A stretch of 32,204 nucleotides of DNA from positions 248,001-280,204 of the forward strand of contig JADIIX010000011.1 in assembly GCA_027604505.1 (NCBI GenBank). Reading direction: 5' to 3'. The first letter of the stretch is position 1. The number at the start of each line of letters is the position of its first letter. The position numbers were made by a program, and so were the translations under genes. The notes under the pieces are model-generated. The model was given only the letters and a program-made list of their open reading frames with translations. It ran no database searches and was not told the DNA's origin. Positions 1 to 11,243 of the stretch are shown here, one piece after another. Origin of the DNA: Gonapodya sp. JEL0774 (Eukaryota).

Positions 1-1202
1 AAAGGTGGCGCGATTCTCTTATATGTGGAGTGGAAGTTTCTTCTTCGGATCTACCACGATTGCGAGAACCGGGATCTTTTCTCAACGACTCAACTCTTCA
101 TCGTTACTTGGTCGCTCGAAATTTCTCCGCTGACAACGCACTAAAAATGCTTCAAGGAAGTCTGGAATGGAGAAGGACATCGGGATTGATACCAGAGACA
201 CCTATTGACTTTTTGTGAGCATGCTCAGTCTTGAGGAACTTCACTAAAGCGGTAGGAACTTCAAGCACCCCCCTGTCCAGATGTGAAGTCTGCGAGAAAG
301 TGCCAGCATCCCACTCCATTTTGCCCATCGGTGAGAATGCAAATTGGATGCCAACTAGGTGTCAATGTGCTTCACTCCATTGTCTGATATGCTTTTACAA
401 GGATGGGACAGGGAACGGAGACCTGTTGTCTACGGGTGTCCGGCACGGGGGTGAGTAACTTTCTGCACCGAATTCGAGAGCATTCATGTAATCTTTTACT
501 AGGGTAGATACAACTGTCCCTCATATACTACAACACTTAACGCACTGTCTGGAGAAATGCTTTCTCCATCCTCGATCGAGTGGCCAGGTGAGATCAAGTT
601 TTGCTCAGGAGACGTGTTCTTCTACTATTTAAGTAGTCCTCTCTCTGTAGTGGGTTTGGATCGTTGACTTTAATGGGTTTGGGATTGCTCAGGCGTAGGT
701 TCCGCTTCACCGCACTTGAAGCAGTCTTCCATCAATTCTATTGAGATTTGTTCCCAGGATGCAAACGCGCTTGGCAATAACATTTGCCACTACGTTCTCG
801 AACCATATGCCCGAGCGACTTGGTCGAATCGTTCTCCTCAATCCACCCGCCATCTTTTCGCTTTTGAGGGCTGCAGGCAGTCAACTCATCGACAAACGAA
901 CTATGGACAAAATGGTCATCGTGAATGGAAGTCCTGATGATGTCGTTCACCGATTAAATACAGATAAAACGCTGGAGCTCTGTCCTTTAACGGAAGTGGA
1001 GGCTAACATAGCGATGGGCCACGAAATGCGTTTGATGAACGAATGGATCGGGAGAGTTCTCAAAACGAGTACCACAGCTGAACATTTGCCAGAACTGTAC
1101 GATTCACAAGAGTTGCGTGATTTGCAACTCGTTAAAAGCGCACCGTGGAACCCGTCTTCTTGGAGAGACGTCTCAATTTTGCCGCCTTGGAAGGATTCAT
1201 AG
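1..1202 (+). CDS. Sec14/CRAL-TRIO lipid-binding protein (5' end probably outside window)
   Basis: Phase-consistent exons (..214, 281-330, 402-450, 503-587, 651-~694, ~759-1202). They give DSTLHRYLVARNFSADNALKMLQGSLEWR (CRAL-N), GWDRERRPVVY, WVWIVDFNGFG and NHMPERLGRIVLLNPPAIF, which are the standard CRAL-TRIO motifs. Stop TAG at 1200-1202. Confidence 0.9.
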
Positions 1203-1298
1203 TACTTAAGTAGAAAGCTTATACTTGATAGACGAAACATTTCATTGTGCTATGAACAGATATTTTCCTGCAACCAATCTGTTCGTTCTTTCCACACA

Positions 1299-2547
1299 TC
1301 ACTCCGCTTTCACTCCATTCACGGTAGTTTTAGGGGATATTTCGAATAAGGCCTCGAAGACACAAGTCAGTACTTTTTTTTCACAAGCACATCCATTCGA
1401 GACATTATTCAGACTCACATCCTTCATTGCCTTCGTGGTCTTTTCGATGAGTGCGTCCATGTCCTTCACCTCCAGGCCCTTTGTTTCGATTGGTTTTAAA
1501 ACCCTTACTCTGATTGTTCCTGGTGACAATACATTCGCCTTTGGACTGTAAATATTGCTGTAGTTCTGCACAACGATAGGGACGATCGGGTAGCCTCCAC
1601 CAATGGCAACGCGGAACGCACCCTTCTTCAAAGGGAGGAGGGATGGGGTCAGAGAATTCGACCTTGTTCCTTCTGGATAAATAAAGAGCTGAATGCTGGG
1701 TCATCAAGCATTGTACTGCCGACAGTGAACACTGATGCGTCACCCACTGAGAGTTTCTTCTGCGCCATTGACTTCGCCAATTTCTGTGGCCGCACCAAAT
1801 TGCAGTTAGTCAAAGAAGTCGCGAAATACAGCAATAATTGAACGTGACACCAACCGTCATAGTTGCCATGGCGTTATCGTGATTGCCGCGATCAATCAAA
1901 AAGGTTTCCGCTTTTTGTAAAGCGGTGCTCAATCTTCAACGAATGTAGACCACGGGCGGATAAACCTACTGAAAATAAGGTAGAGGTTCAAAAGTGGGAT
2001 ATAAAGAAGGTCCCTCTTCGCCAGGCCGACGCAGTTTCTCGGGGAGAGCACAGCTTGGATGTGCATGTCAATGGTTCCCTGTGAAAGTGGAGTAGACAAG
2101 TGTAGATTAGAAGTTCGAAAAAACAAGTCTCATCACACTTCCTTACCTGGTGGTTTGAACAGAACACTGCCGGGGAAGGGGTTCCCAAGTTCTCCTTGCC
2201 TTCAATCTCGATTTTCCAACCCATGAGCCAGACAATAATCGATGAGATGAACCGTCCCGCGTAGTACTGAGTATCACGACCACGCCCAAAAATGTAAAAT
2301 ATAGCACTAACTTTAAGGTGGATGGTACAGTTCCCAGAACTTAACGAACATTCTCGAAACAAAACGAAGCGACGGATGCCATACTAACCAGGGATTGTAA
2401 GTGCCAGAAAAAGAAACGTGAGCCCAGCTAGCAGCATGTTCTTTATTTTGAACACAAGAGAGGACACGAGTCGCTGTGAAGCATTTGACATCCGCCTAGG
2501 TAAGGATGACACGGCATCAATGTAACGACAGCAATGCTGACCTCCAT
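1299..2547 (-). CDS. SLC1: 1-acyl-sn-glycerol-3-phosphate acyltransferase (PlsC family)
   Basis: The spliced product has NHQ|GTID (HxxxxD catalytic motif), FLIDRG, FIYPEGTRS and LLPLKKGAF..PIVPIV. Likely start is ATG GAG|gtcagc at 2547, which is tentative. The last intron is in-frame with a TACTGAC branch point. Confidence 0.9.
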
Positions 2548-2750
2548 GGTAATCAAGAAGTAGCTTTCGAGGCTGGTTGATCGACAAGTTTCTTACGAGG
2601 GAGATGTGGGTTTTCACATCTGTCATCGGGCTGTGGCCTAGCGGGCCTTGAACTGTTTGCGTTGTTACTGATTGATTCTCACTCAAATACTGACAAAAGA
2701 AAGAAATCGGAATGAACCTTAACAATTCTAGTGGGGGCACGGTGCACATC

Positions 2751-5700
2751 TTACACGGAGAACCCGGTCGGAAACAAAATCCCATCTTTTCTGACAATAA
2801 TCACTTCCATTGTGTCGTCCACCAACGGTTCTTTCCTCCCGGCTCTTATCACTGCAGCTTGAGCAGGTAGCCTCGTCACCAAATGTGTGTCTGAGCGGAC
2901 GTCGCAAAGATCTGACTCGTAAACTCCAAAGAAAACTCTGATCCCACGATGTTCTGAAAACCCTTCCCCGTAGATGTTAAGGATATGTCCGTTCAGAACA
3001 AGTTTGTGGAATATAAAGGGACGTGGAGCGAACGGGGAGCAAATGGACGAACGGTGGTTAGTCGGAGGGATGAAGAAGGAAAACGTCGATTCGGCTGATG
3101 AAACGATCAAGATCATCAGGCCGACAAGAAAAAACATGATTTTCAATTCTGTTAGTCCGCAAGCAATCGGTAATGGGGAACTCACAAACTCCCGCAACGA
3201 ACCACGCCGCTTCCTCCCCAACTTTTAAGAATTTTGGGTTATCTTTCTGAACCCTTCCTTTTACCATTCGCACTCCAATTTCAGTGTTGGTGAGGAACCA
3301 GCCTGGTTTTTCCTCCCACTCAAGTGCTACCTTCTGTAGCTCTGCAAGAGTCGCCTCCTCAGAACTTCCGTGATCCGTCTTCAAAATCTTGTTCGCACCA
3401 TCCAGTTTGATGGATTTGGAATAGTCACTCAAGTGAGACGAGGCGCTCCCATTTTTTGCAGCTTTGCGGGTCCGCTTTCGCGGTTGTGGCTGGGCTTCTG
3501 CTTCTTCATCAAAACTCTCACTCCCATCGTCAACCACACCTTCATCATCACCATCCACTCTCTCAATGGTTACCATCTGTCTTCCGATCACTTTCCTTGT
3601 CAACAATCGCACACTCGTTATACCCGTTTCCACGTGACGCAGCACCACACTTGCGCCGTACTGCACACACTCCTCCTCCCGCCCTTCCGGCGCTTCCACC
3701 CCCAATTCCCCGAGCAACAGGTCCACCACTCCTGGTGTAACTTCTTTGGATGCCCTTGCCACCGGTGGTGCGCCAGGAAGCCACGACACAGGAATGACTT
3801 GCCACTTGTCCCACCTCTCTGACCTGGCGAGGAACGACTCGAAAGATTTGCCCAGGCAAAGGTAGCGAGTGGAGGAGGACTGTGATCTAGTACGATTGAA
3901 AAGGCAGAGATAAGTGTTGGGTGTCACGGACACTGACCATGATCGATGAGGGACGGGTCAGGGGTAAATGGGGGAAAATGTTCAGAATGAGACATCAGAT
4001 AACAGACCACCAATTACGAAACTAACTCTTGATGTCATTTGGGGTGTTTTTGGACGCTTTTGAGATCTGGGTTGGTTGGGGGCGTTGCTCACATGGTGGT
4101 GTGTTGAACTCCTGACCACTCGGAGTGCACTCACCAACCTCAAAGAGGTCGAATCTAAGATCCCAATCAGTTGACCAGTTTCTGTCTTAACCTTGGCACA
4201 GTTTTAGTCAGTTTCACTAACATTCATCTGAGCCTCATTTTTACCTTCGTTCACAAACTCACTTTGACCCTCACCAGTGCCTCTCCATCCCCTCTGGCCA
4301 CACCCCACCACAAACCCTTCATCAAACCTATCCCTTCAATTTTTTTCCCGTCTTCGCAAGCCTCCACCAGCTGCCACTTGTCGCACATCGAGGCGTTACT
4401 TGTGTCACTGATACCGTCTTGTTGGGTACTGACGCCGGCTTCTCGAGAAGGGGTGATTGGGCATACAAAAGCAAGAGCGGCGCGCGTGGATGTCACTTCT
4501 AGCGTAGCTGTGCAAATGATCTGCGGAATGTCGCTGATGGAAGTGTGTGGTGAGTTCCGCGCAAGCGTCCATGCAGAGCCGGTCAGGCGGATTTTAGGTG
4601 CCGGTACGAGAAATCTAGAGAAGATTTGCATCAATGATTTGCAAATTATAGAGAGTCAAACTCTGGTGCGCGGAAGACCCCACCGCTTCTCAGACCCATA
4701 GCTCTTGGGCAAAACTAGCGGGACGGCGATGTGGATTGCTGACGCTCTAGTTGGATCAGCTATATAGGTTGCAACTGATACTCTGTTGACGTATAGAAGA
4801 TGCCAATGAATCATAAATGGTAGTGGGCATGCCAAACCCTTCATAACAAAACACTCACCCCACTTCTCCGGCCGCACTCCCATCGACTTGCGATGGGCTC
4901 ACCGCCCCCGCGCCGAGTCCACTGTTGGATTCACGTTCACTATTCGCCAAACTTGGACGATGTACCGGCATCGCCGTATACCTTCCATACCTCTCGGCGG
5001 GGCGCCGAGCGGGAACACTTGGGGCATAGGTTGTTGCTGGTGAAGAAATGGGCCACGCATGACCCTGACCACTCGCTACGGAGGAAGCAAGCACAGGAAT
5101 GCGGGGAATGGAAATAGGAGATGAGGGCTGGCCGTGGTGGTTTGCGGGTGTGGCAGGTGACTGAATCGCCCCTCGAGGCGGCGTGTGCACGGTATGGAGA
5201 GCTAGTGTTGCGGTGGCAGCGGAAGCGTAACACTCAGGTAGTGGCACCGAATCAGTTGTGGTAGAGAAGTTGAGGCTTGTCGTTGATGTGCGAAAAGGAG
5301 AAGGAGACGGAGTTGAACGGGAAGGAACCCCGATCTCAGTCAAACTCGGAGCTTGTGGGGGGGAAGGTGGAGATGAAAGAAGAAACTAGAGGATGGGAAA
5401 GGATGAATGATGATTATCAATGCCGTTAGCAGGAACCCGGGTGGTAACGCTTGTCACCACTTCGGTTCCATGACAGCTGTGCAAAACCCCTGTATCCGAA
5501 CCGCCGCAAAACACGGCACCACGAACCTCCGCCAGCATATCTAGTCCATTATCTCCTTGCCACTCTTGGCTGGCAGGTACCGCTGGTGAAGAAGCACCGT
5601 ACCGATAATCGCTGTATTGGGTTTGCGAGTGGTATTCAAGCCCATGAGTGTTGATGCTGCCGTAACCGGCAGACGATCCACCAGTAGTGGACGAGGAGCC

Positions 5701-6429
5701 CTCGGGAAGTGGGAGAGGGAGAGATATTGTGCCAACTGCAATGGAGAATTGTTGAACAGCAACCACACGCGAATCAGTTCAGACAAAAATCCCACGCCGA
5801 CCTTCAACAAACGCTTATTCACAACCTCCAAAAAATGAAAAAGAACTGTATGTCGTTTACTTTGTCCCAAAGAGGGTTGTGAATGCTGTTGTGCATCGTG
5901 TGAATTGACGACACCAATGCGATCGATCCTCCAGGCCGAATCCGATCCAGCCCTAAAGATCACTCTCCAGCAAGGGAAGCTTTCATCGTTGACCAATTTG
6001 TCCAAATCGACTCCAAGGGGGGATGGGGCGGTACACTGTTCCCCGACCATTGTGAGAATCACTATTCCGGCACTCACTCATCTCACCAGGAGCAAAGTCT
6101 CTCATTTGGCCCTCAGGCCTTTGCACCACTGAGACTTCAGAGACAGGGACGAGTTGCCCGTCCGATACTCTTTGATAGAGTACACTTTTGCCATCGCGAG
6201 TTGTTCCCAGAAAGAAACTTTGAGCGAGAGGAGAGGATGATGACTGAGCATCGGAATGATGCGCAGATGTTGATACGCGAGAGAAAAGGGGGGTTCGAGA
6301 GACTGGCTGAGAGTGGGAAGGGGAGAAAGCGGAGGATGACGTAGGCGGTTCCGCCGTTGGGGAAGAAGGAAATAGAGAGCCTCCATGGGCCAAAAACCAC
6401 GACGGAGACGCTGTAGACAAATAATTCAT
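2751..6429 (-). CDS. CSL-family (LAG-1/Su(H)/RBPJ, fungal Cbf11/Cbf12-type) transcription factor with long low-complexity N-terminus
   Basis: LAG1 DNA-binding domain: VLPKSYGSEKR|FLVPAPKIRL and ISKASK. Beta-trefoil: LCLFNRTRSQSSSTRYL, VQYGASVVL..TG..RLLTRKV, LAELQKVA and EEAAWFVAG. C-terminal IPT/TIG: LNIYGEGF..VFFG..IVRKDGILFPTG, then TAA. The N-terminal Ser/Pro-rich exons (4855-6429) and the start codon are less certain. Confidence 0.9.
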
Positions 6430-6735
6430 GACAGACAACGAGAAATATGGTCATTTTGCGTTGAAAAGACTTCGGATCAGAAGGACAACGACAAAGGGGA
6501 CGAAAGAGGGATGGAGTCTCGGTGCCCACCACACGACCCGGCTTCTCTGAAGCTCAGACTCACTTTGCCAGCCACGTTCAACACTCTCTATATCCTTTCT
6601 CACGCTGAGAGGTGTATTGGTTTGCATTATGGAATGGATGAATGGAAATAAGTACAAAATACTAGGCATGGTAGCCTAAACCACGGCGCTCTGAGGAGGT
6701 GTCGACAGCTGGGGAGCTCGCCAAATGAGAAGTAG

Positions 6736-6788
6736 GATACAACCGCGCGTTTCGGCGCACGGATGATACATTCCCGCGTTTCGGCGCA
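6736..6788. promoter_or_regulatory. Imperfect 24-bp direct repeat with CGCG/E2F-like cores upstream of the CSL gene
   Basis: gatacaaccgcgcgtttcggcgca (6736-6759) and gatacattcccgcgtttcggcgca (6765-6788) are 21/24 identical. The repeat is seen directly; a regulatory role is inferred. Confidence 0.35.
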
Positions 6789-7058
6789 GTCGGGTGTGTG
6801 TTCGTGGTACCTTCACGATCCAGGAGGAGTGGTTACCCTTGGATGAGCATATTCCAACAGATCATTCAAACCCTCGTGTATTCGGGAGGTATTATTCTAT
6901 CGCATGGAAACAAAGAAAATTGCATCGACGCAGATGGAAAACAAACTGCAAGTCCCGTCTTCCTTCGTCGTACCATGCTTGCGCAATGCGCATCCAGCAT
7001 TGCCACCATCGCGTCCTCATCCCGACAACACCCCTGCCTCGATTTCACACCCTCTGCT

Positions 7059-8250
7059 CTACTTCCCTGTCTTCTGCCCCTTTCCACCCTTTCCCCCCTT
7101 GGGACCCATTCCCCCCTTCCCACTCTCCACCCCACCGCTCGCCAATCTCTTCCCCACCGCCTTGCGCACATTGAATATGCCATCTGGATTCGCACCCGAA
7201 CCCGAACCCGAACCCGAACCACCGGATCCTGATCCAGATGCGGTCCCGGTCCCGAGTTTGGAAAGCACCTTGAGTGCCCGGAAGCGTTCGTCAGAGACAG
7301 AGGTAGGCAGGTCGTGGAGTTTTCGGACGCCGCGGGATTTGAGGAGGGGTTCCGAAGGGTCTAAGTGTGGGGGGGTGGAGTGTGGTGTGGTCGTGGTGTA
7401 ATGGGTTGGGGGATGGGGAAGGTGAGAATTCACAGAGTGAGATTGCGTACACCTTGCACAAAGTGGCCTTATCATGATGACCCGGTCGTGATGTAAAGGT
7501 GCGCATAGCCGGCGTGGTCTCATGTCCCAATTCCCCTCATACGCACCTTGTCGAATTTCCCCATGGACGCTGTAGATTTCCCCGTGGATGCCAGGGCAAG
7601 ATCGAGTTGTGCCTTCCGTTCGAGCTTGGCCTTTGTGCCCACCGCCTTTTCTGCAAGTGGTGTGCCGATACCGACGGAGCGGTTGCGCAAAATACCCAGG
7701 GCCGCCTCCTCATTCCCACGTTTCCGCTTGTGGCTCTTCTCAACGCGCTCCTGCTTCGTATCGCGTTCGGTTTGGAGCATGTCCTCCATAGGGTCGGCGT
7801 TGGCGGGAACTTCCTTGAGCCAGTTGCGGTCGAGCTGATGTGTGCGGGATTTGTACCCGTACGCGGGTCGGTATTCCCCGGATATGGAATCAAACGTCTT
7901 GGCGGTTTTCTTCTTTTTGGTGATTCCCTTGGTTTGAGCAAACTTTTCCCAGCGGGTCATGGGTTTGGGTTTGGGGATGGGCTCTTCGCGAGGTAAGGTG
8001 GAGGTTGGGGCGGGTAAGGTGACGAAGGTGTGGTTTTAAACGGTTGATATAGGGAGGGCAAAGACGTGGTTTACGATGAATTGCGCGCAGTCGCGGGTGT
8101 TGGATTGGAGGAGGGAGTTGGCAGGGGACCGCGATTTTGACGATGAGGAGGACAGTTGGGGTAAAGTGTCGAGAGGGTTCGGGTTGTCGGAGAGGAGGTC
8201 TCCCAGGTCGAGAGATATAGGGATTGGGCGGATGACCTGGAGTGATTCAC
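7059..8250 (-). pseudogene. RRS1: Ribosome biogenesis regulator RRS1 homolog with internal stop (pseudogene or assembly error)
   Basis: Reads VIRPIPISLDLGDLL..NPLD..TRDCAQFIVNHVFALPISTV*NHTFVTLPAPTSTLPREEPIPKPKPMTRWEKFAQTKGI..YGYK..STASMGKFDK, with a last exon containing ERFRALKVLSKL..FNVRKAV. In-frame TAA at 8036-8038. The 5' exon was not located. Confidence 0.75.
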
Positions 8251-9183
8251 TGATGCGAGTTCACAGATTCGATGGTGGAGTGGGATAACAGAAGGGCAGA
8301 AGGAAGCGGACCGAGGAAGCGGGGCGGACAAGCAATAGAAAGGATCAAATAGAGATAGCAGCACCGGAGCAGCGCGGGGTGAGTGCATGAGTGGGGGCAG
8401 CAGCAAAGAAGGTCCAAGTTGAGCGACACGTTCCCCCCCCGCATCGCCCACCCCGTATCATCACTGCGACTTGATCAAAAGACACGTCATTGCGACTTCA
8501 ATATTGCGGATGGCCATCTTCAAAAAATTCATGTTTCCTTGGAGCATAGTGGTTCAGGGAAACGTCATATGACCCTCATTCCAACATTCTGTGACCGTAT
8601 ATTTTTGTATCACATCTCCGCCTGTGTCCCCTGTGGATTCACTCGGTGCTGAAAAGTCTCGCCACGGGATTGATGCATCGCTGCTGAATCAGTCACCGTC
8701 ATCAAGGTACAAATCTCCTAGAGTCTGCGACAAATCTCCCACAGGAACTCGTCACCGCGTCGAATCAGTGCAAAACGCTCATCATCCACCATCCCCCGTT
8801 GATGGCAGGATTCGCTGCAAATCGATCGATTCCTCCCCACTACCGTTTCATTCATACGGCATATCGCTTGCCCACGGCAAATCTCTCGTTTCGCGGCGTT
8901 TTCTCTTGGAGGAGGCCGAATCGCGCTACCAGTCAACACTTGGTTCATTGGTTGGTGAGTTATTTAACCTTTGCTCGTTGATTTTTTCTTGACATCTTAC
9001 CAAGCTTCATGTTGCGACCTTTCCTACTCTACATCTCCCTTTGGCCCCGGCATCTGCATCGCTCAACTCCCTCTCACCCAATCAACCCTCCCCATACACT
9101 TGCTAGCGTTTTACCTCCCATCATCCCATTGCCCCATCCCACCTTCTACCGAGAACCCTCAACCTTGGCCACCCACCAACCCC

Positions 9184-9193
9184 NNNNNNNNNN
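9184..9193. other. Assembly gap (10 N) in a C-run
   Basis: N run flanked by poly-C. Confidence 0.95.
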
Positions 9194-9215
9194 CCCCCGC
9201 CCTACTCAGACAAAT

Positions 9216-10700
9216 ATGTCTCGCAGAAGGAGAGTGGCCAGGCAGAACAGCACTGCCAAGGAGAGAAAGACAATGAACATCCAATCTATTGGGCGAACTG
9301 CTGAGCAAGCTGCCCAATACATTGGATCTTCATCCTCTAAGAGCTAGTAGCCTGCCCTAACAAAGGGAGGAGGGGTGCTGTGGCTGGCTTGTGGGATTTA
9401 TGTGCAGATTACCAAGGAAGCACTCTTGGAAGCAGAAAACAAGTTTGAGGCTGGGAGAACTGTGAGTGATGTTTGCATTGCATTCTGTCCACCAGATGAT
9501 GGTCACCAACTCCATGTCCCATACGTCTGGTAAAGGTGGAGTTGCCACCACAGCCACCATTAACAAGCAGAGCCAGGGAATCTCCCGCAGTGATGGGTCA
9601 GAGGAGGAATGGAAAGGGCCTCCATCACCTACACTGGATCAACTGAAAGAGGAGCAGGGGTACGCAATGTTTGGTGATCATGCGCCAGTGGTGAACCAGA
9701 TGCTCACAGACAGCCACAGCCAGGTGCTTGGCATGCAAGTTGCCGGTGCCATACTGTGGAGCAGCATGACCTTTTCTACAGAGGGCTCAAGGGGCATCGC
9801 AATTTTCAAGATGGGAACAACTATTCCCACAGGGTAGGTAAATGGTTTATGTACTGTCCAGTTCCCGAACCAGTGGCCTATCAATCACAGTGCAAAGCAG
9901 AGCTCAATTACACTTCCACCAGCTCAGAGACCAAGGAGAGGGTTCAGACTATATTCACTGTTGCTGATGCACTAGCTCTGCAAGTCCAGCACACAGGGTT
10001 GGGTATTGACTGCCCCTCTATGGTCAGATTGCTATTGGAAAGGTGTGGAACAAGTAAAGTGGACAAAAAGTACCAGAATTGCAGGCAGGCTCCAGTCCAT
10101 CATCTGGCATCACCAGCTTTGCCAACTTGCAACTTTTATTTTGGAGGAATCACTTGCTCTTGTCTGGGCCTCCACACAATATACATGATAAAACGTACTC
10201 CCATTCCTTTATCTACACATTCAATGAGCGTTATGCAGTCTCCTGTCAGATCTGCAAAGGGAATGGAGTTGTGCTGGCAGTCTTAATGCTGGGCCCATCT
10301 GGCAACCCCATGGTGCTGTTCTTCAGGGCGGCAGCAGGGGACCTCATCATGATAATGGCCAGGATCATGTGCCACAAAGTCATTTGAACTTGCCCCTTCT
10401 GTGGACCCTGAAGGATCAGTCAGGTAGTAGTATTTAACCCTGGGTGAGTACATGTACTCCCTGAAGTTCTAGGGACAGTCAGTGGAGGAGAAGGAGACCA
10501 GTGTGGAAAAGTACCAACTCCACTTGAAAAAGCGCAGAGGACTTTCAAAGGTGCAAAAGAATAAGGAGATGGATGCCCTGAGAAAGGTGAAGCAGGGAGA
10601 AAACTCCCAGGATCTGGAAGAGGAAGAGGAAGGGCAATGACAGGAAGAAGCAGGAAAGGAGGAGACAGGACCACATGACTGGGTGTTAGAGGTTGGTTTG
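9216..10700 (+). pseudogene. Decayed TET/JBP-family 2OG-Fe(II) dioxygenase
   Basis: CTC CAC AC- AAT ATA CAT GAT (10170-10189) reads L-H-T-[D>N]-I-H-D with a 1-nt deletion (HxDxxD/N; compare TET HKDIHN). GDLIMIMARIMCHKVI*TCPFCGP*RISQVVVF (10337-10435) supplies the distal His and RxSxV (compare TET GSxLIECARRELH...RISLVFY). One intron at ~9462-9495. The 3' end is approximate. Confidence 0.75.
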
Positions 10701-11243
10701 CTAGCGTCAGACAGTTGATGGGTGTGGAAGGCCACATTGGTGGAAGAGGAGTGGCGATGGGGAAGTAAGATGTTGGAGCAGAGCCCCTGTGGTTGGAGGG
10801 CACTGGCTGTAGCAGGCACTCTGCTTTGAGTATGAAACAGCGCACGGGAACTGCGAGTCGGCCATGAGGGGTTATTTGAATCATGGGAAACAAAATTATT
10901 TGAATGTGAAAAGCTAGATATGTGTGACCCGTCTAAGGGTCACTACCAGAGTCGATCATAAAGCAGAATACTGTGACAGAAATGTAATGAACGAGAGCAA
11001 AAGCCAATACAGACAAGCCTCTGTCTCACCTGTGACAGAGTGGACTCTATCAATATCCCATTTTTTACACCCCCCATGCAACTGACCACCCCCACCCTGC
11101 AAACAGGTACCCCCATCATCAAATCTGGAGCAGTGTTAATGTATTTTATGATGACAACCATAATAAATCTGTGAAACTGCTGAGGCTAGATTGTGCCAGT
11201 GTTCACATCACAAGTTGAGATGATTCTGATGGAGATGAATTAT

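Noticed and set aside
7713..7720. Perfect CSL site (TTCCCACG) ~1.3 kb upstream of the CSL gene
   Set aside because: Lies within RRS1 coding sequence; a single 8-mer is expected by chance in 32 kb.
8036..8038. TAA reassigned to Gln (alternative genetic code) as explanation of the RRS1 stop
   Set aside because: Neighbouring genes end at TAA (CSL) and TAG (CRAL-TRIO) right after their conserved C-termini, and their exons contain no internal TAA/TAG.
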